Source: Planctomycetia bacterium (GTDB lineage: Bacteria; Planctomycetota; Planctomycetia; Gemmatales; Gemmataceae). From it: DNA of 64,000 bases. The number at the start of each line of letters is the position of its first letter. Position 1 is the first letter of the stretch. The stretch lies in assembly GCA_005808665.1 (NCBI GenBank), contig SYLG01000007.1, positions 54,298-118,297 of the forward strand, given 5' to 3'. The notes under the pieces are model-generated. The model worked only from the letters and a program-made list of their open reading frames with translations. It was not told the origin of the DNA and made no database searches. Below, one piece after another: positions 8,268 through 16,380 of this stretch. The translations under genes and the position numbers were made by a program.

Positions 8268-10061
8268 ATGTCACCTTTTGTTATATGGTCTGTAGTAGCA
8301 TCTTATACTATCCTCTTTCAGCCGGCACAAATTCCACCTGCGGTAGTCATTCGCCTTGAGAATGATCGAATAGCCTTGGTTAAAAAAATTACCCCGCCTA
8401 CCGTAGCAGTAGTAAGTGGTGGCGGTTCGGGAGTATTGATTTCTTCTGACGGTTATGCTTTTACGAATTATCATGTTGTGGGTAATGGTGGCCCTGCCAT
8501 CAAATGTGGGTTACCGGATGGCAAATTATATGATGGTGTCATTGTTGGTTTGGACAAGATGGGAGACCTGGCCTTGATCAAGTTAATTCCCCCCCAACCG
8601 AATTTCTCCTTTCCTTTTGCGGTTCTGGGGGATTCCGATCAAGTTTATCCCGGGGATTGGGCGGTTGCGTCCGGCAACCCTTTTCTTTTGGCAAGCGATT
8701 ACACACCTACCGTTACTTTTGGCCTGATCAGCGGAACGCATCGGTACCAATATCCGGAAAGGGGAATGTTTGAATATACCGATTGCATCCAGATGGATGC
8801 GTCCATTAACCCTGGAAATTCCGGGGGACCACTTTTCAATGGAAAAGGAGAATTGATTGGAATCAATGGACGGGGCTCTTTCGATAAACGGGGACGGGTT
8901 AATTCAGGGGTTGGTTATGCCATTAGCATAAACCAATGCAAAAAGTTTTTGGGATCTTTAAAAGCGGGCCTTCGTTTAAATCATGCCGGATTAGGGGCTT
9001 TGGTTTCCACCGTTGACGATTCTGCGGTTTCGCGCGTTTTGGTAAATCAGGTCTTTCCAAGTGATGCCCTTAGGCGGGGAATCCAGCCGGAAGATCAAAT
9101 CATCCGGTTTGCTGGTCGGCCCATCACCACAGTCAATCAGTTCAAAAATATATTGGGAACCATTCCAGCTGGTTGGAAGGTTCCCATTGGAATCCGAAGG
9201 ATTACCGAAGCTGGCGAAACGGTTCAACTGGATGTTTTGGTTCGGTTGATTTCAGGGGAAAGGCAAGAGACGCCGGTACAGGCTGATCAACCCTCAGGTC
9301 GCCCAGGGCAACCCAAGCCACCCTTAAAACCTATTCCCGCGGTGGTAAAAGCGGTTTATGAACAAAAAGAGAATTTTGCCAATTACCATTTCAACAAAAT
9401 CCTCAGGGAAAACGCTTTGGTTAAGCTCCAGGCTCAACTCAAATTATTGGGGCAAAATACACCTTGGCAACTCCAGGGCCAGGGCACATTCCAAAATAAA
9501 AACCTTGCTGGTGGTTGGAGTTTAATGATTAATCCTGCACAACCAGCAGAGGGAAACAACCCGGCAACCATGGATTCAGTGGGCCTGAATATTGAAGGCA
9601 TTGATTTTCGGTTGGAACCTCTCAAGGCTGATTTGGATTCCAGGGCCCTGCGCGATCCTACCGGGAGTGGTGGCTTATTGGTTGCTGCTTTTCACCTAAA
9701 GCAATTGCTTTGTCTGGGGGCAAAAGGGTTTCCGGGAGAAGGGTGCACCCATGGGGGTGTAGAGCCATATTGGCCTCCCATGGAAGCAGGACAATCCTTT
9801 GATCAGCGAAAATCCTTGATGGCGGAGGTTATTAAAACGACACTTGGGGGTGTTTCTTCCCGCTGGTATATTGAACCGGAAACCGGATTCTTATTGTCGG
9901 TGGAGGTTTCAGTGGACCCCGAAGAGGATCCCTGTGAAATTCATTTTTCCAATCCCCAGGCGGACCGTATGGGGCGACTCCTTCCCCGTGATTGGATTAT
10001 CATTCATGGTGATAAAACATTTGCCAAGCTCAAAGTGGTGGATTGGAAAGTTAACCCATGA
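8268..10061 (+). CDS. HtrA/DegP-family serine protease (S1C) with PDZ domain and ~260-aa uncharacterised C-terminal domain; triad intact
   Basis: ORF 8220..10061. ATG 8268 lies 4 nt after the upstream stop. Triad motifs: FTNYHVV, GDLALIKL, NPGNSGGPLF (Ser codon 8820-8822). PDZ-like segment RGIQPEDQIIRFAGRPITTVNQF. Confidence 0.85.
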   Translation: MSPFVIWSVVASYTILFQPAQIPPAVVIRLENDRIALVKKITPPTVAVVSGGGSGVLISSDGYAFTNYHVVGNGGPAIKCGLPDGKLYDGVIVGLDKMGDLALIKLIPPQPNFSFPFAVLGDSDQVYPGDWAVASGNPFLLASDYTPTVTFGLISGTHRYQYPERGMFEYTDCIQMDASINPGNSGGPLFNGKGELIGINGRGSFDKRGRVNSGVGYAISINQCKKFLGSLKAGLRLNHAGLGALVSTVDDSAVSRVLVNQVFPSDALRRGIQPEDQIIRFAGRPITTVNQFKNILGTIPAGWKVPIGIRRITEAGETVQLDVLVRLISGERQETPVQADQPSGRPGQPKPPLKPIPAVVKAVYEQKENFANYHFNKILRENALVKLQAQLKLLGQNTPWQLQGQGTFQNKNLAGGWSLMINPAQPAEGNNPATMDSVGLNIEGIDFRLEPLKADLDSRALRDPTGSGGLLVAAFHLKQLLCLGAKGFPGEGCTHGGVEPYWPPMEAGQSFDQRKSLMAEVIKTTLGGVSSRWYIEPETGFLLSVEVSVDPEEDPCEIHFSNPQADRMGRLLPRDWIIIHGDKTFAKLKVVDWKVNP

Positions 10062-11173
10062 GGCTTCATTTTTTGACATTGGTTTTGTTTGGTGGGGTTG
10101 TTTCAGGCCTTCCCGGACAAGAATCGCTGTCCCAAGTATTTAATAACACCTACCCCAAGGTGGTAAAGATTTATGGTGCCGGGGGAATTCGAGGCTTGGC
10201 GGGTTATGGAACGGGTGTGGTAATCTCGGCGGATGGCTTGGTCCTTACGGTGAATAATCATCTGATGGATGGAGGTGACCTTGTTGCTCACCTTCATGAT
10301 GGAACCCGGGTTCCCGTAAAGGTATTGGCCCGGGAACCAGAATTGGATACCGCCCTTTTGAAATTGGGAGGTGCTAAACAGGCCTTGGATGATTTGCCCT
10401 ATTTCGATTTTGAGGAAGCTTATAAAAAGCCAATTGCAGGTCCAGGAGTGTCCGTATTGGCTTTTTCCAATGCCTTTCAAATTGCCACGCGTGAGGAACC
10501 GGTCTCCATAATGCAGGGCAACATTGCGAGTTATGGGCGACTGTTTGGAAGAATTGGGATCTTTGACATTCCTTTTTCAGGTAATGTCTATGTCGTGGAT
10601 GCAATTACCAATAACCCGGGGGCTGCCGGGGGAGCACTCACCGATAGAAATGGCCAACTTTTGGGCCTGGTTGGTCGGGAAGTTCGCAATGAATTGACCA
10701 ACACATGGGTTAATTATGCCATTCCCGTGCAAGCTCAAGTGGATGTCCGTGGTCCAAACGGAATGTCCCGAATCGGAATTATGGACCTGGTTCGAAAGAA
10801 GGAATCGTACCGCCCAGCCCCAAAAGTTGAAAAACCGGTAGATGTGGAACCCTACACCGGAATCCGGTTGGTTTCCAATTTGATTGATCGGACTCCCCCA
10901 TTTATCGAAGAGGTTTTTCCGGGGTCTCCTGCCGCAATTGCCGGGATTAAGCCGGATGACCTGATTGTCTATGTGGATGGGATTCCCGTACCCTCCATTA
11001 ACACCTACCGGGAGCTATTGCTCAGGTATAAGCCAGGAGATAAAATCCGGGTGGATGTTCGAAGGCGTGATCAACTGGTTGGGTTGGATATTACCCCCTT
11101 GAAAGCACTTGAGGGATCGAAACCACCTTTCCGTATACCCTTGATCACCCAACCTTCCGGAGGTCGTCCTTGA
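10058..11173 (+). CDS. HtrA-like protein with PDZ domain; nucleophile Ser replaced by Ala (probable pseudoprotease)
   Basis: 371 aa. ATGA overlap with the upstream stop. Signal peptide MRLHFLTLVLFGGVVSG. Keeps LTVNNH and ELDTALLKL but reads NNPGAAGGAL (Ala codon 10625-10627) where GNSGGPL is expected. PDZ segment: GSPAAIAGIKPDDLIVYVDG. Confidence 0.8.
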   Translation: MRLHFLTLVLFGGVVSGLPGQESLSQVFNNTYPKVVKIYGAGGIRGLAGYGTGVVISADGLVLTVNNHLMDGGDLVAHLHDGTRVPVKVLAREPELDTALLKLGGAKQALDDLPYFDFEEAYKKPIAGPGVSVLAFSNAFQIATREEPVSIMQGNIASYGRLFGRIGIFDIPFSGNVYVVDAITNNPGAAGGALTDRNGQLLGLVGREVRNELTNTWVNYAIPVQAQVDVRGPNGMSRIGIMDLVRKKESYRPAPKVEKPVDVEPYTGIRLVSNLIDRTPPFIEEVFPGSPAAIAGIKPDDLIVYVDGIPVPSINTYRELLLRYKPGDKIRVDVRRRDQLVGLDITPLKALEGSKPPFRIPLITQPSGGRP

Positions 11174-13200
11174 TTCTTTCCTTGGTAAATACGGCAAGTT
11201 TTTTTATAATTGGAGGGTTGTTGGCCCAAAGTCCAATCCAAAACGCCATTCAGGTTGCGGTTAATCGGGTGGCCCCGTCTGTGGTTACCATAGAAACCTC
11301 CGGCGGAAGTGAAGTAATTTCTCTCGGACGGGGACCCCGTGACCAGGATAAACTTTTACGAAAAGGGCTCGGTGCCACGACCGGAGTGATCGTCCATCCT
11401 GATGGTTGGATCCTTTCCAGTGCCTTTAATTTTGCAAACAAGCCAACTAGCATAATCGTTTCCATCAACCAGGCCAAGCATATTGCCAGGATTGTTGGCA
11501 CGGACACGACCCGAAGTATTGCCCTTTTGAAAATTCAGGTTCCAACTCCCCAGGTGGCAGAAGTTGCTCCGGTATCACAATTGCAACCAGGTCAAACCGT
11601 AATGGCATTGGGTCGGACCCTTTCCGGGTCCGAATCGCCTCCCTCGGTCAGTGTTGGAATAATAAGTGCGCTTAACCGGATTCAGGGTAAGGCGATCCAA
11701 ACCGATGCGAAAATTTCCCCGGTCAATTATGGAGGTCCCCTTGTGGACCTTGCCGGAAGGGTCGCCGGCATTTTGGTCCCACTTTCGCCACAAGGCGAGG
11801 GCGAAGGAGCTGGAATTGAATGGTATGACTCGGGAATAGGATTTTCGGTTCCGCTTGAGCATTGCCTCAAAATCCTGCCAAAATTAATGGATGGGAAAGA
11901 CCTCAAAAGGGGAATGCTAGGAATCCTCCTGAAAGGCGATCCGTTGATGGACCCACCTGAGGTGGGAACAGCACAAACCGGGCTTCCTGCCCAAAAAGCA
12001 GGAATGCAGAATGGGGACCTGATTGTGTCCGTTGGTGGAAATCGAGTCGAAAATCAAACCCAGTTTCAGCGCGAAATGTCAAAATATTATTCGGGAGACA
12101 GGGTAAATCTTGTTTACAAGCGTGGAGATAAAGAGGTTTCGGTTTTAGGATTGGAGTTAATTAGTCCATCCAAAAGCCAGGGGCAAGCAAAACTGGGTAT
12201 CTATCCGGTACGGGATGATGTGGGTTTGGGAATTCTGATCCGACATGTTAATCCCAAGGGAGCTGCGGATTTGGCTGGATTGGCATCGGGGGATCGTATT
12301 TTGGCGGCCAGGCCTTTCATGGTTCTACCTGCCGGAAGCCCTGCAATTCCCGCTTTAATACCCCCACCCAAATTTGGACGAGCGGAAATGGTTCAAGCCA
12401 TGGACCGTATATTGCCTGGCATGGAAATGGAATTACTGGTTCAAAAAAATGGCCAAAAATCGAGCAAAAGCTTTAAAGTAAAATCGGATTTGGGTGAGGA
12501 AGGCCTTGCGGATTTAAACCCTACCACAGCAAGTAATCGACCCATTCAGGGGGATCGGCCCAGTGACAAAAAACCCCAAACAGGATTGATCAGCGGAACA
12601 AATAATGCCCAAGATCGTGTATGGAAGGCTTTTTTGCCAAAGGGGGCAGGGCGTGAAATGCATGGCTTGGTTGTATGGTTTCACCCCCCCGGAAGGGGGA
12701 AAGACAATGACCTTGAAGAAATTGTCAACCTTTGGGAAATGCAACTCAATCGGTACCGGTTGGTCCTTTTGATGCCGCAATCGGATGCGGAAACGGGGTG
12801 GAATGTGTCTGATTCAACTTTCATTAATGAATCGGTCAAGGCAATTCAGGAAATGGCAAATATCGATCCAAACCGAATAGTGGCCCACGGTTTTGCCCAG
12901 GGAGGCCAAATGGCAGGGTACCTTGGTTTTTCCCAGAAAGGCCTTTACAAAGGGGTTGCTGCCGTCGGGGCAATTCCTTCCAACCTGCCCCGCGAGGCCC
13001 CCGATTCCGGTCTCCAATTTTTCTTGTCAACCGGGGATCGCGATCCGCAATTGGAGGCTATCAAAGCGTCCCAAAAATCATTACGGGGATTAGGCATTCC
13101 CTGTTTCCTTCACGGTATGCCTCAAAGCGGTCAGCAATATCTTGACCTTGGGGGCCTTGAATCACTCAACCGTTGGATGGAAGGGCTGGATGGCCTATGA
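11170..13200 (+). CDS. Triad-less HtrA-like domain + two PDZ domains + C-terminal alpha/beta-hydrolase-like domain lacking the nucleophile Ser
   Basis: 676 aa. TTG start overlapping the upstream TGA (TTGA). Reads SSAFNF (Phe 11425-11427 at the His position), RSIALLKI (Ser 11515-11517 at the Asp position) and SPVNYGGPL (Tyr 11728-11730 at the Ser position). PDZ segments: LPAQKAGMQNGDLIVSVGG and GAADLAGLASGDRILAA. Esterase-like tail: HGLVVWFHPPG, IVAHGFAQGGQMAG (Ala 12895-12897). Confidence 0.8.
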   Translation: MILSLVNTASFFIIGGLLAQSPIQNAIQVAVNRVAPSVVTIETSGGSEVISLGRGPRDQDKLLRKGLGATTGVIVHPDGWILSSAFNFANKPTSIIVSINQAKHIARIVGTDTTRSIALLKIQVPTPQVAEVAPVSQLQPGQTVMALGRTLSGSESPPSVSVGIISALNRIQGKAIQTDAKISPVNYGGPLVDLAGRVAGILVPLSPQGEGEGAGIEWYDSGIGFSVPLEHCLKILPKLMDGKDLKRGMLGILLKGDPLMDPPEVGTAQTGLPAQKAGMQNGDLIVSVGGNRVENQTQFQREMSKYYSGDRVNLVYKRGDKEVSVLGLELISPSKSQGQAKLGIYPVRDDVGLGILIRHVNPKGAADLAGLASGDRILAARPFMVLPAGSPAIPALIPPPKFGRAEMVQAMDRILPGMEMELLVQKNGQKSSKSFKVKSDLGEEGLADLNPTTASNRPIQGDRPSDKKPQTGLISGTNNAQDRVWKAFLPKGAGREMHGLVVWFHPPGRGKDNDLEEIVNLWEMQLNRYRLVLLMPQSDAETGWNVSDSTFINESVKAIQEMANIDPNRIVAHGFAQGGQMAGYLGFSQKGLYKGVAAVGAIPSNLPREAPDSGLQFFLSTGDRDPQLEAIKASQKSLRGLGIPCFLHGMPQSGQQYLDLGGLESLNRWMEGLDGL

Positions 13201-13973
13201 AATGCCATCGATTCGGTTTCCTGGGTGGGTTTGTCCTGGTGGGATGTTGTTCAGGGCCTTGCAATTCCAATCCAATTTCGACAACCAAAGAAGGCAGTGT
13301 TGCCACGGTTTCGGAATCCAGGGTAGCAAACCAGGGAACGCCCATTCCACCAAAAACGCTGTCTATGCCTAAAACCGTTCAGGTTGGCCCGGGGGTGTTT
13401 CTCGAGGTTGATGGGGACATTCGAACCGTGGTTGTTAGTGCCAAGGTGGTTCGGCGCGAAGGATTTTTGGAATTACTCCTTTGTCGGGAAAAAACCAAGG
13501 AACATGAAGCCATCCTGGCTGCCCCTGTGGATGCCAGGGATGTTCATAGTGCTTTGCTTTCGGCCGGCCTGAAACCTGGCAGTCCGGTTCAATTTTTGCC
13601 AGAGTATAAGGCGGCAACCGGAAATAGGTTGGAAATCCGATTGCGGTTCAAGGATAGCCTGGGCCAAAATCATGAGGTTTTGGCCAAAGATTGGATCAAA
13701 AAAACAATGGTTGACCAGGCTCTCGAGGGTGATTGGGTTTTTTCTGGCAGTCGGCTGGTTGCTAATTCACTAGACCCCAAAGCACCCCCTTATTTCCTAG
13801 CTAATGATGGGGACCTGATCAGTATTAGCAATTTTGAATCCGCTTTAATGGATCTTGCTATTAAAGTTTCCAGTGCAAATGGAGAACTATCCTTTGAACC
13901 TTGGGAAAAGCGTATCCCTGAAATTGGCACGCCGGTAGCAGTCCTCATACGGTCGGCAAAAAATCCTCATTAA
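13197..13973 (+). CDS. Lipoprotein, tentatively YdjY-like domain
   Basis: ORF 13173..13973. I prefer ATG 13197, which overlaps the upstream TGA (ATGA). Lipobox-like FVLVGCCSG. The YdjY-like call (EGFLELLLCREKTKEHEAILAAPVDARDVHSALLSAGLKPGSP) comes from memory only. Confidence 0.6.
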   Translation: MKCHRFGFLGGFVLVGCCSGPCNSNPISTTKEGSVATVSESRVANQGTPIPPKTLSMPKTVQVGPGVFLEVDGDIRTVVVSAKVVRREGFLELLLCREKTKEHEAILAAPVDARDVHSALLSAGLKPGSPVQFLPEYKAATGNRLEIRLRFKDSLGQNHEVLAKDWIKKTMVDQALEGDWVFSGSRLVANSLDPKAPPYFLANDGDLISISNFESALMDLAIKVSSANGELSFEPWEKRIPEIGTPVAVLIRSAKNPH

Positions 13974-13986
13974 TATACATTAATTT

Positions 13987-15225
13987 CTAATTTTGACTTT
14001 TTTCGATTTTTGTTTTTGATTTGTAAACAAGAATTGATTCGGTATCATAAACCAACCAAATCCCTAATAATGTAGATCCTATTGGTGCTGATGCGTAAAT
14101 AGGTGGAAAATAAGGTGAAAAAATACCAGTAAGTTCTCTCCATGATAGGAATATTATGCAAATGAATGAAGCGTTTACAAGTGCCCGATTCCCCCTTGCC
14201 CGTTGATGTACCCAATAGAGCATGGGGGCAATTATCCCATAGGTTGCCAACTCTGTTGCCGGGCCAAAAACCATTAACCATAGCAATCCAATGCACAGGG
14301 TGCGGGGATACCATTCTTCCTTTGGAATCCTCCAGTTTGCCCAGCGAATGACAAAAAACAAAACCCCAAGTCCGGTGCCCATTTGCAACAATTGGTAGCA
14401 TTTGGGTGGGGAACAATCCCAAAATAATGGGTTGAATGGTCCCTCTCTCATCCACTCGGCCAGGGTCAGAATGAAGTACCATCCATCACGGTAACCAGGC
14501 CACCGAAGGTCCTGGCTTGATTTCAAATGGTGCCACCATTCCTGGTATTGCCACCAAACGATTTCCGGTGGCCTGGTCAAAAAAGGTATCAAGAATGCGA
14601 TTAGTCCAAATAATAGCAAACGCCATGTCATGGTCCATGGTCTTGCCACCATGATTAGGAAAATCACGGGAAGTATTGTGGATTTTAATACCAAACCCAC
14701 GGTGAAAAATAGTGCCCCCCGCATGAATCTGGATTCCCAAATATCCATGGTTCCTAAAACCAGCAAGGAACCGATAAGGGCATTGGATTGGTGGTTCCAG
14801 AGGCCGCTTAGTGCGCAAAAAAGCATTATTAGAGAACCACCGGACCAAATTGGGGATTCTGGCCAATATTTTTCAGCCAAACGCCCCCAAGCCACAAGGA
14901 GGCCAAGAATGGAGATCCAACTCCAAAGAATGGGTCCAATAATTGGCCCCAATTGAACAAAAGGAGCGAGCAGGAATATTGCCGTTGGGGAATAACGGAA
15001 AAAATCAACCCCAGGATATTTGGCATAGAGGGATTGGTCAAGCCACCAATGTTGTACTCCTGTTTGGTAAACTCCAAAAACGGTTTGGCGGTTTGGTAAA
15101 AACACCCCTTTTAGGGTTAGTGCCAAGGCAAGGACGAACCAAATAAAAAGGCAAAAACGCAAACGGAGTGAATCCTGAGTCCCTCCATTTATTAGTAACA
15201 TTTCTTTGAAAGAAAACCTTTGCAA
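13987..15225 (-). CDS. Polytopic membrane glycosyltransferase, GT87/DUF2029-like
   Basis: 412 aa with about 10 hydrophobic segments. The N-terminal region (FGVYQTGVQHWWLDQSLYAKYPGVDFFRYSPTAIFLLAPF) resembles DUF2029 mannosyltransferase-type proteins. GC is noticeably lower than in neighbouring genes. Confidence 0.6.
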   Translation of the reverse strand: MQRFSFKEMLLINGGTQDSLRLRFCLFIWFVLALALTLKGVFLPNRQTVFGVYQTGVQHWWLDQSLYAKYPGVDFFRYSPTAIFLLAPFVQLGPIIGPILWSWISILGLLVAWGRLAEKYWPESPIWSGGSLIMLFCALSGLWNHQSNALIGSLLVLGTMDIWESRFMRGALFFTVGLVLKSTILPVIFLIMVARPWTMTWRLLLFGLIAFLIPFLTRPPEIVWWQYQEWWHHLKSSQDLRWPGYRDGWYFILTLAEWMREGPFNPLFWDCSPPKCYQLLQMGTGLGVLFFVIRWANWRIPKEEWYPRTLCIGLLWLMVFGPATELATYGIIAPMLYWVHQRARGNRALVNASFICIIFLSWRELTGIFSPYFPPIYASAPIGSTLLGIWLVYDTESILVYKSKTKIEKSQN

Positions 15226-15352
15226 TTCACATACCTTATTTGAAAATAGTATTAAAAATCGTTTTGTTATTTATTTAATATTAATGTTGAAATTAAATTA
15301 AGAATACTTTAATAAAATATCAAAACAAATGCCAAACACTTAACATATATTA
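15226..15352 (-). promoter_or_regulatory. Extremely AT-rich intergenic spacer upstream of the GT87-like gene (putative promoter/UP region)
   Basis: 127 nt at roughly 20% GC (ttatttgaaaatagtattaaaaatcgttttgttatttatttaatattaatg...), against about 48% for the window. No specific promoter motif is claimed. Confidence 0.3.
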
Positions 15353-16351
15353 TTAAAGCGGTTCACCAATCCATAATTCCATACCTTTACATGGCTGAAT
15401 TTCCAACTCCCCGGAAGAGGCAGGGATCAAAACCGTGTCCCCTAATTTAAGGGTATCACACCTTCCCTGGTATATTCCCTTTCCCTCCCCTCCAACAACC
15501 ACCAGGATTTTTGCTTTTCCATCCCCGCCAAGGGAAAAGGCTTTGGTTTCACGAATGTAGGATAACCGAAAAAATGGACATTCCACCAAAATTACATGGC
15601 AAGAGTCCGTTAAGGTTCCAAATCCCGGGATGGAAACCAATTCAGAGGGTTTATTATTCCAATGAATCGAGGCAATGGATTCCTCCAAATGTAATTGCCT
15701 TGGCTTCCCGGTTGGGTCAACCCGATTCCAATCGAAAAGTCTAAATGTGGCATCGGAGGTTTGTTGAATTTCAGCCATGAGGACACCACCACCAACCGCA
15801 TGTATGGTTCCTGCCGGTAAAAACAGGAATTGGCCTGGTTTTGGGGTAAAACAGTGTAAACAATCGGAAAGGGTTCCCAATGCCAATGCTTCCCGCACGG
15901 TGGCTTCACAAACACCCGCTTTAAGCCCAGCCCAAATGCGGCTTTCAGGACTTGCCTCAAGGATAAGCCACGCTTCGGTTTTGCTTTCTTCTGAGGGTAG
16001 GAGTTTTTTAACGACGGTACTATCTGGATGGACCTGGACAGAAAGCCAATCCGCCGCATCCAGCCATTTAACCAAAAGGGGAAAACGCCCATGGTGGGTT
16101 GGAACCGATTTCCCCAAAAGGCTTTCAGGCATTTCTGCCATCAAAGTTCTTAATGATCCATTAACAATACCCGCCGACCAAGGGCTCGGGGCAATCCGGC
16201 TTTCCGAGGCGGGATGGTCACTTAATTCCCAGGATTCTCCATATTGGGCAGGAGCTTGGAAATTTCGTCCCAAAACGCTGTGAAGCCGTTGGCTTCCCCA
16301 AACCATTGGACGAACCCAAGGCTCAAACCGTAACGGAGGAATGGTTTTCAT
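15353..16351 (-). CDS. manA: Class I mannose-6-phosphate isomerase (cupin)
   Basis: 332 aa. Motifs: PMVWGSQRL, YGESWELSDHP, FPLLVKWLDAADWLSVQVHPD, KTEAWLILEA, LPAGTIHAVGGGVLMAEIQQTSDATFRLFDWNR. Confidence 0.85.
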   Translation of the reverse strand: MKTIPPLRFEPWVRPMVWGSQRLHSVLGRNFQAPAQYGESWELSDHPASESRIAPSPWSAGIVNGSLRTLMAEMPESLLGKSVPTHHGRFPLLVKWLDAADWLSVQVHPDSTVVKKLLPSEESKTEAWLILEASPESRIWAGLKAGVCEATVREALALGTLSDCLHCFTPKPGQFLFLPAGTIHAVGGGVLMAEIQQTSDATFRLFDWNRVDPTGKPRQLHLEESIASIHWNNKPSELVSIPGFGTLTDSCHVILVECPFFRLSYIRETKAFSLGGDGKAKILVVVGGEGKGIYQGRCDTLKLGDTVLIPASSGELEIQPCKGMELWIGEPL

Positions 16352-16380
16352 GCTGATTGCCTGGTTCTGAACAACAAAAA

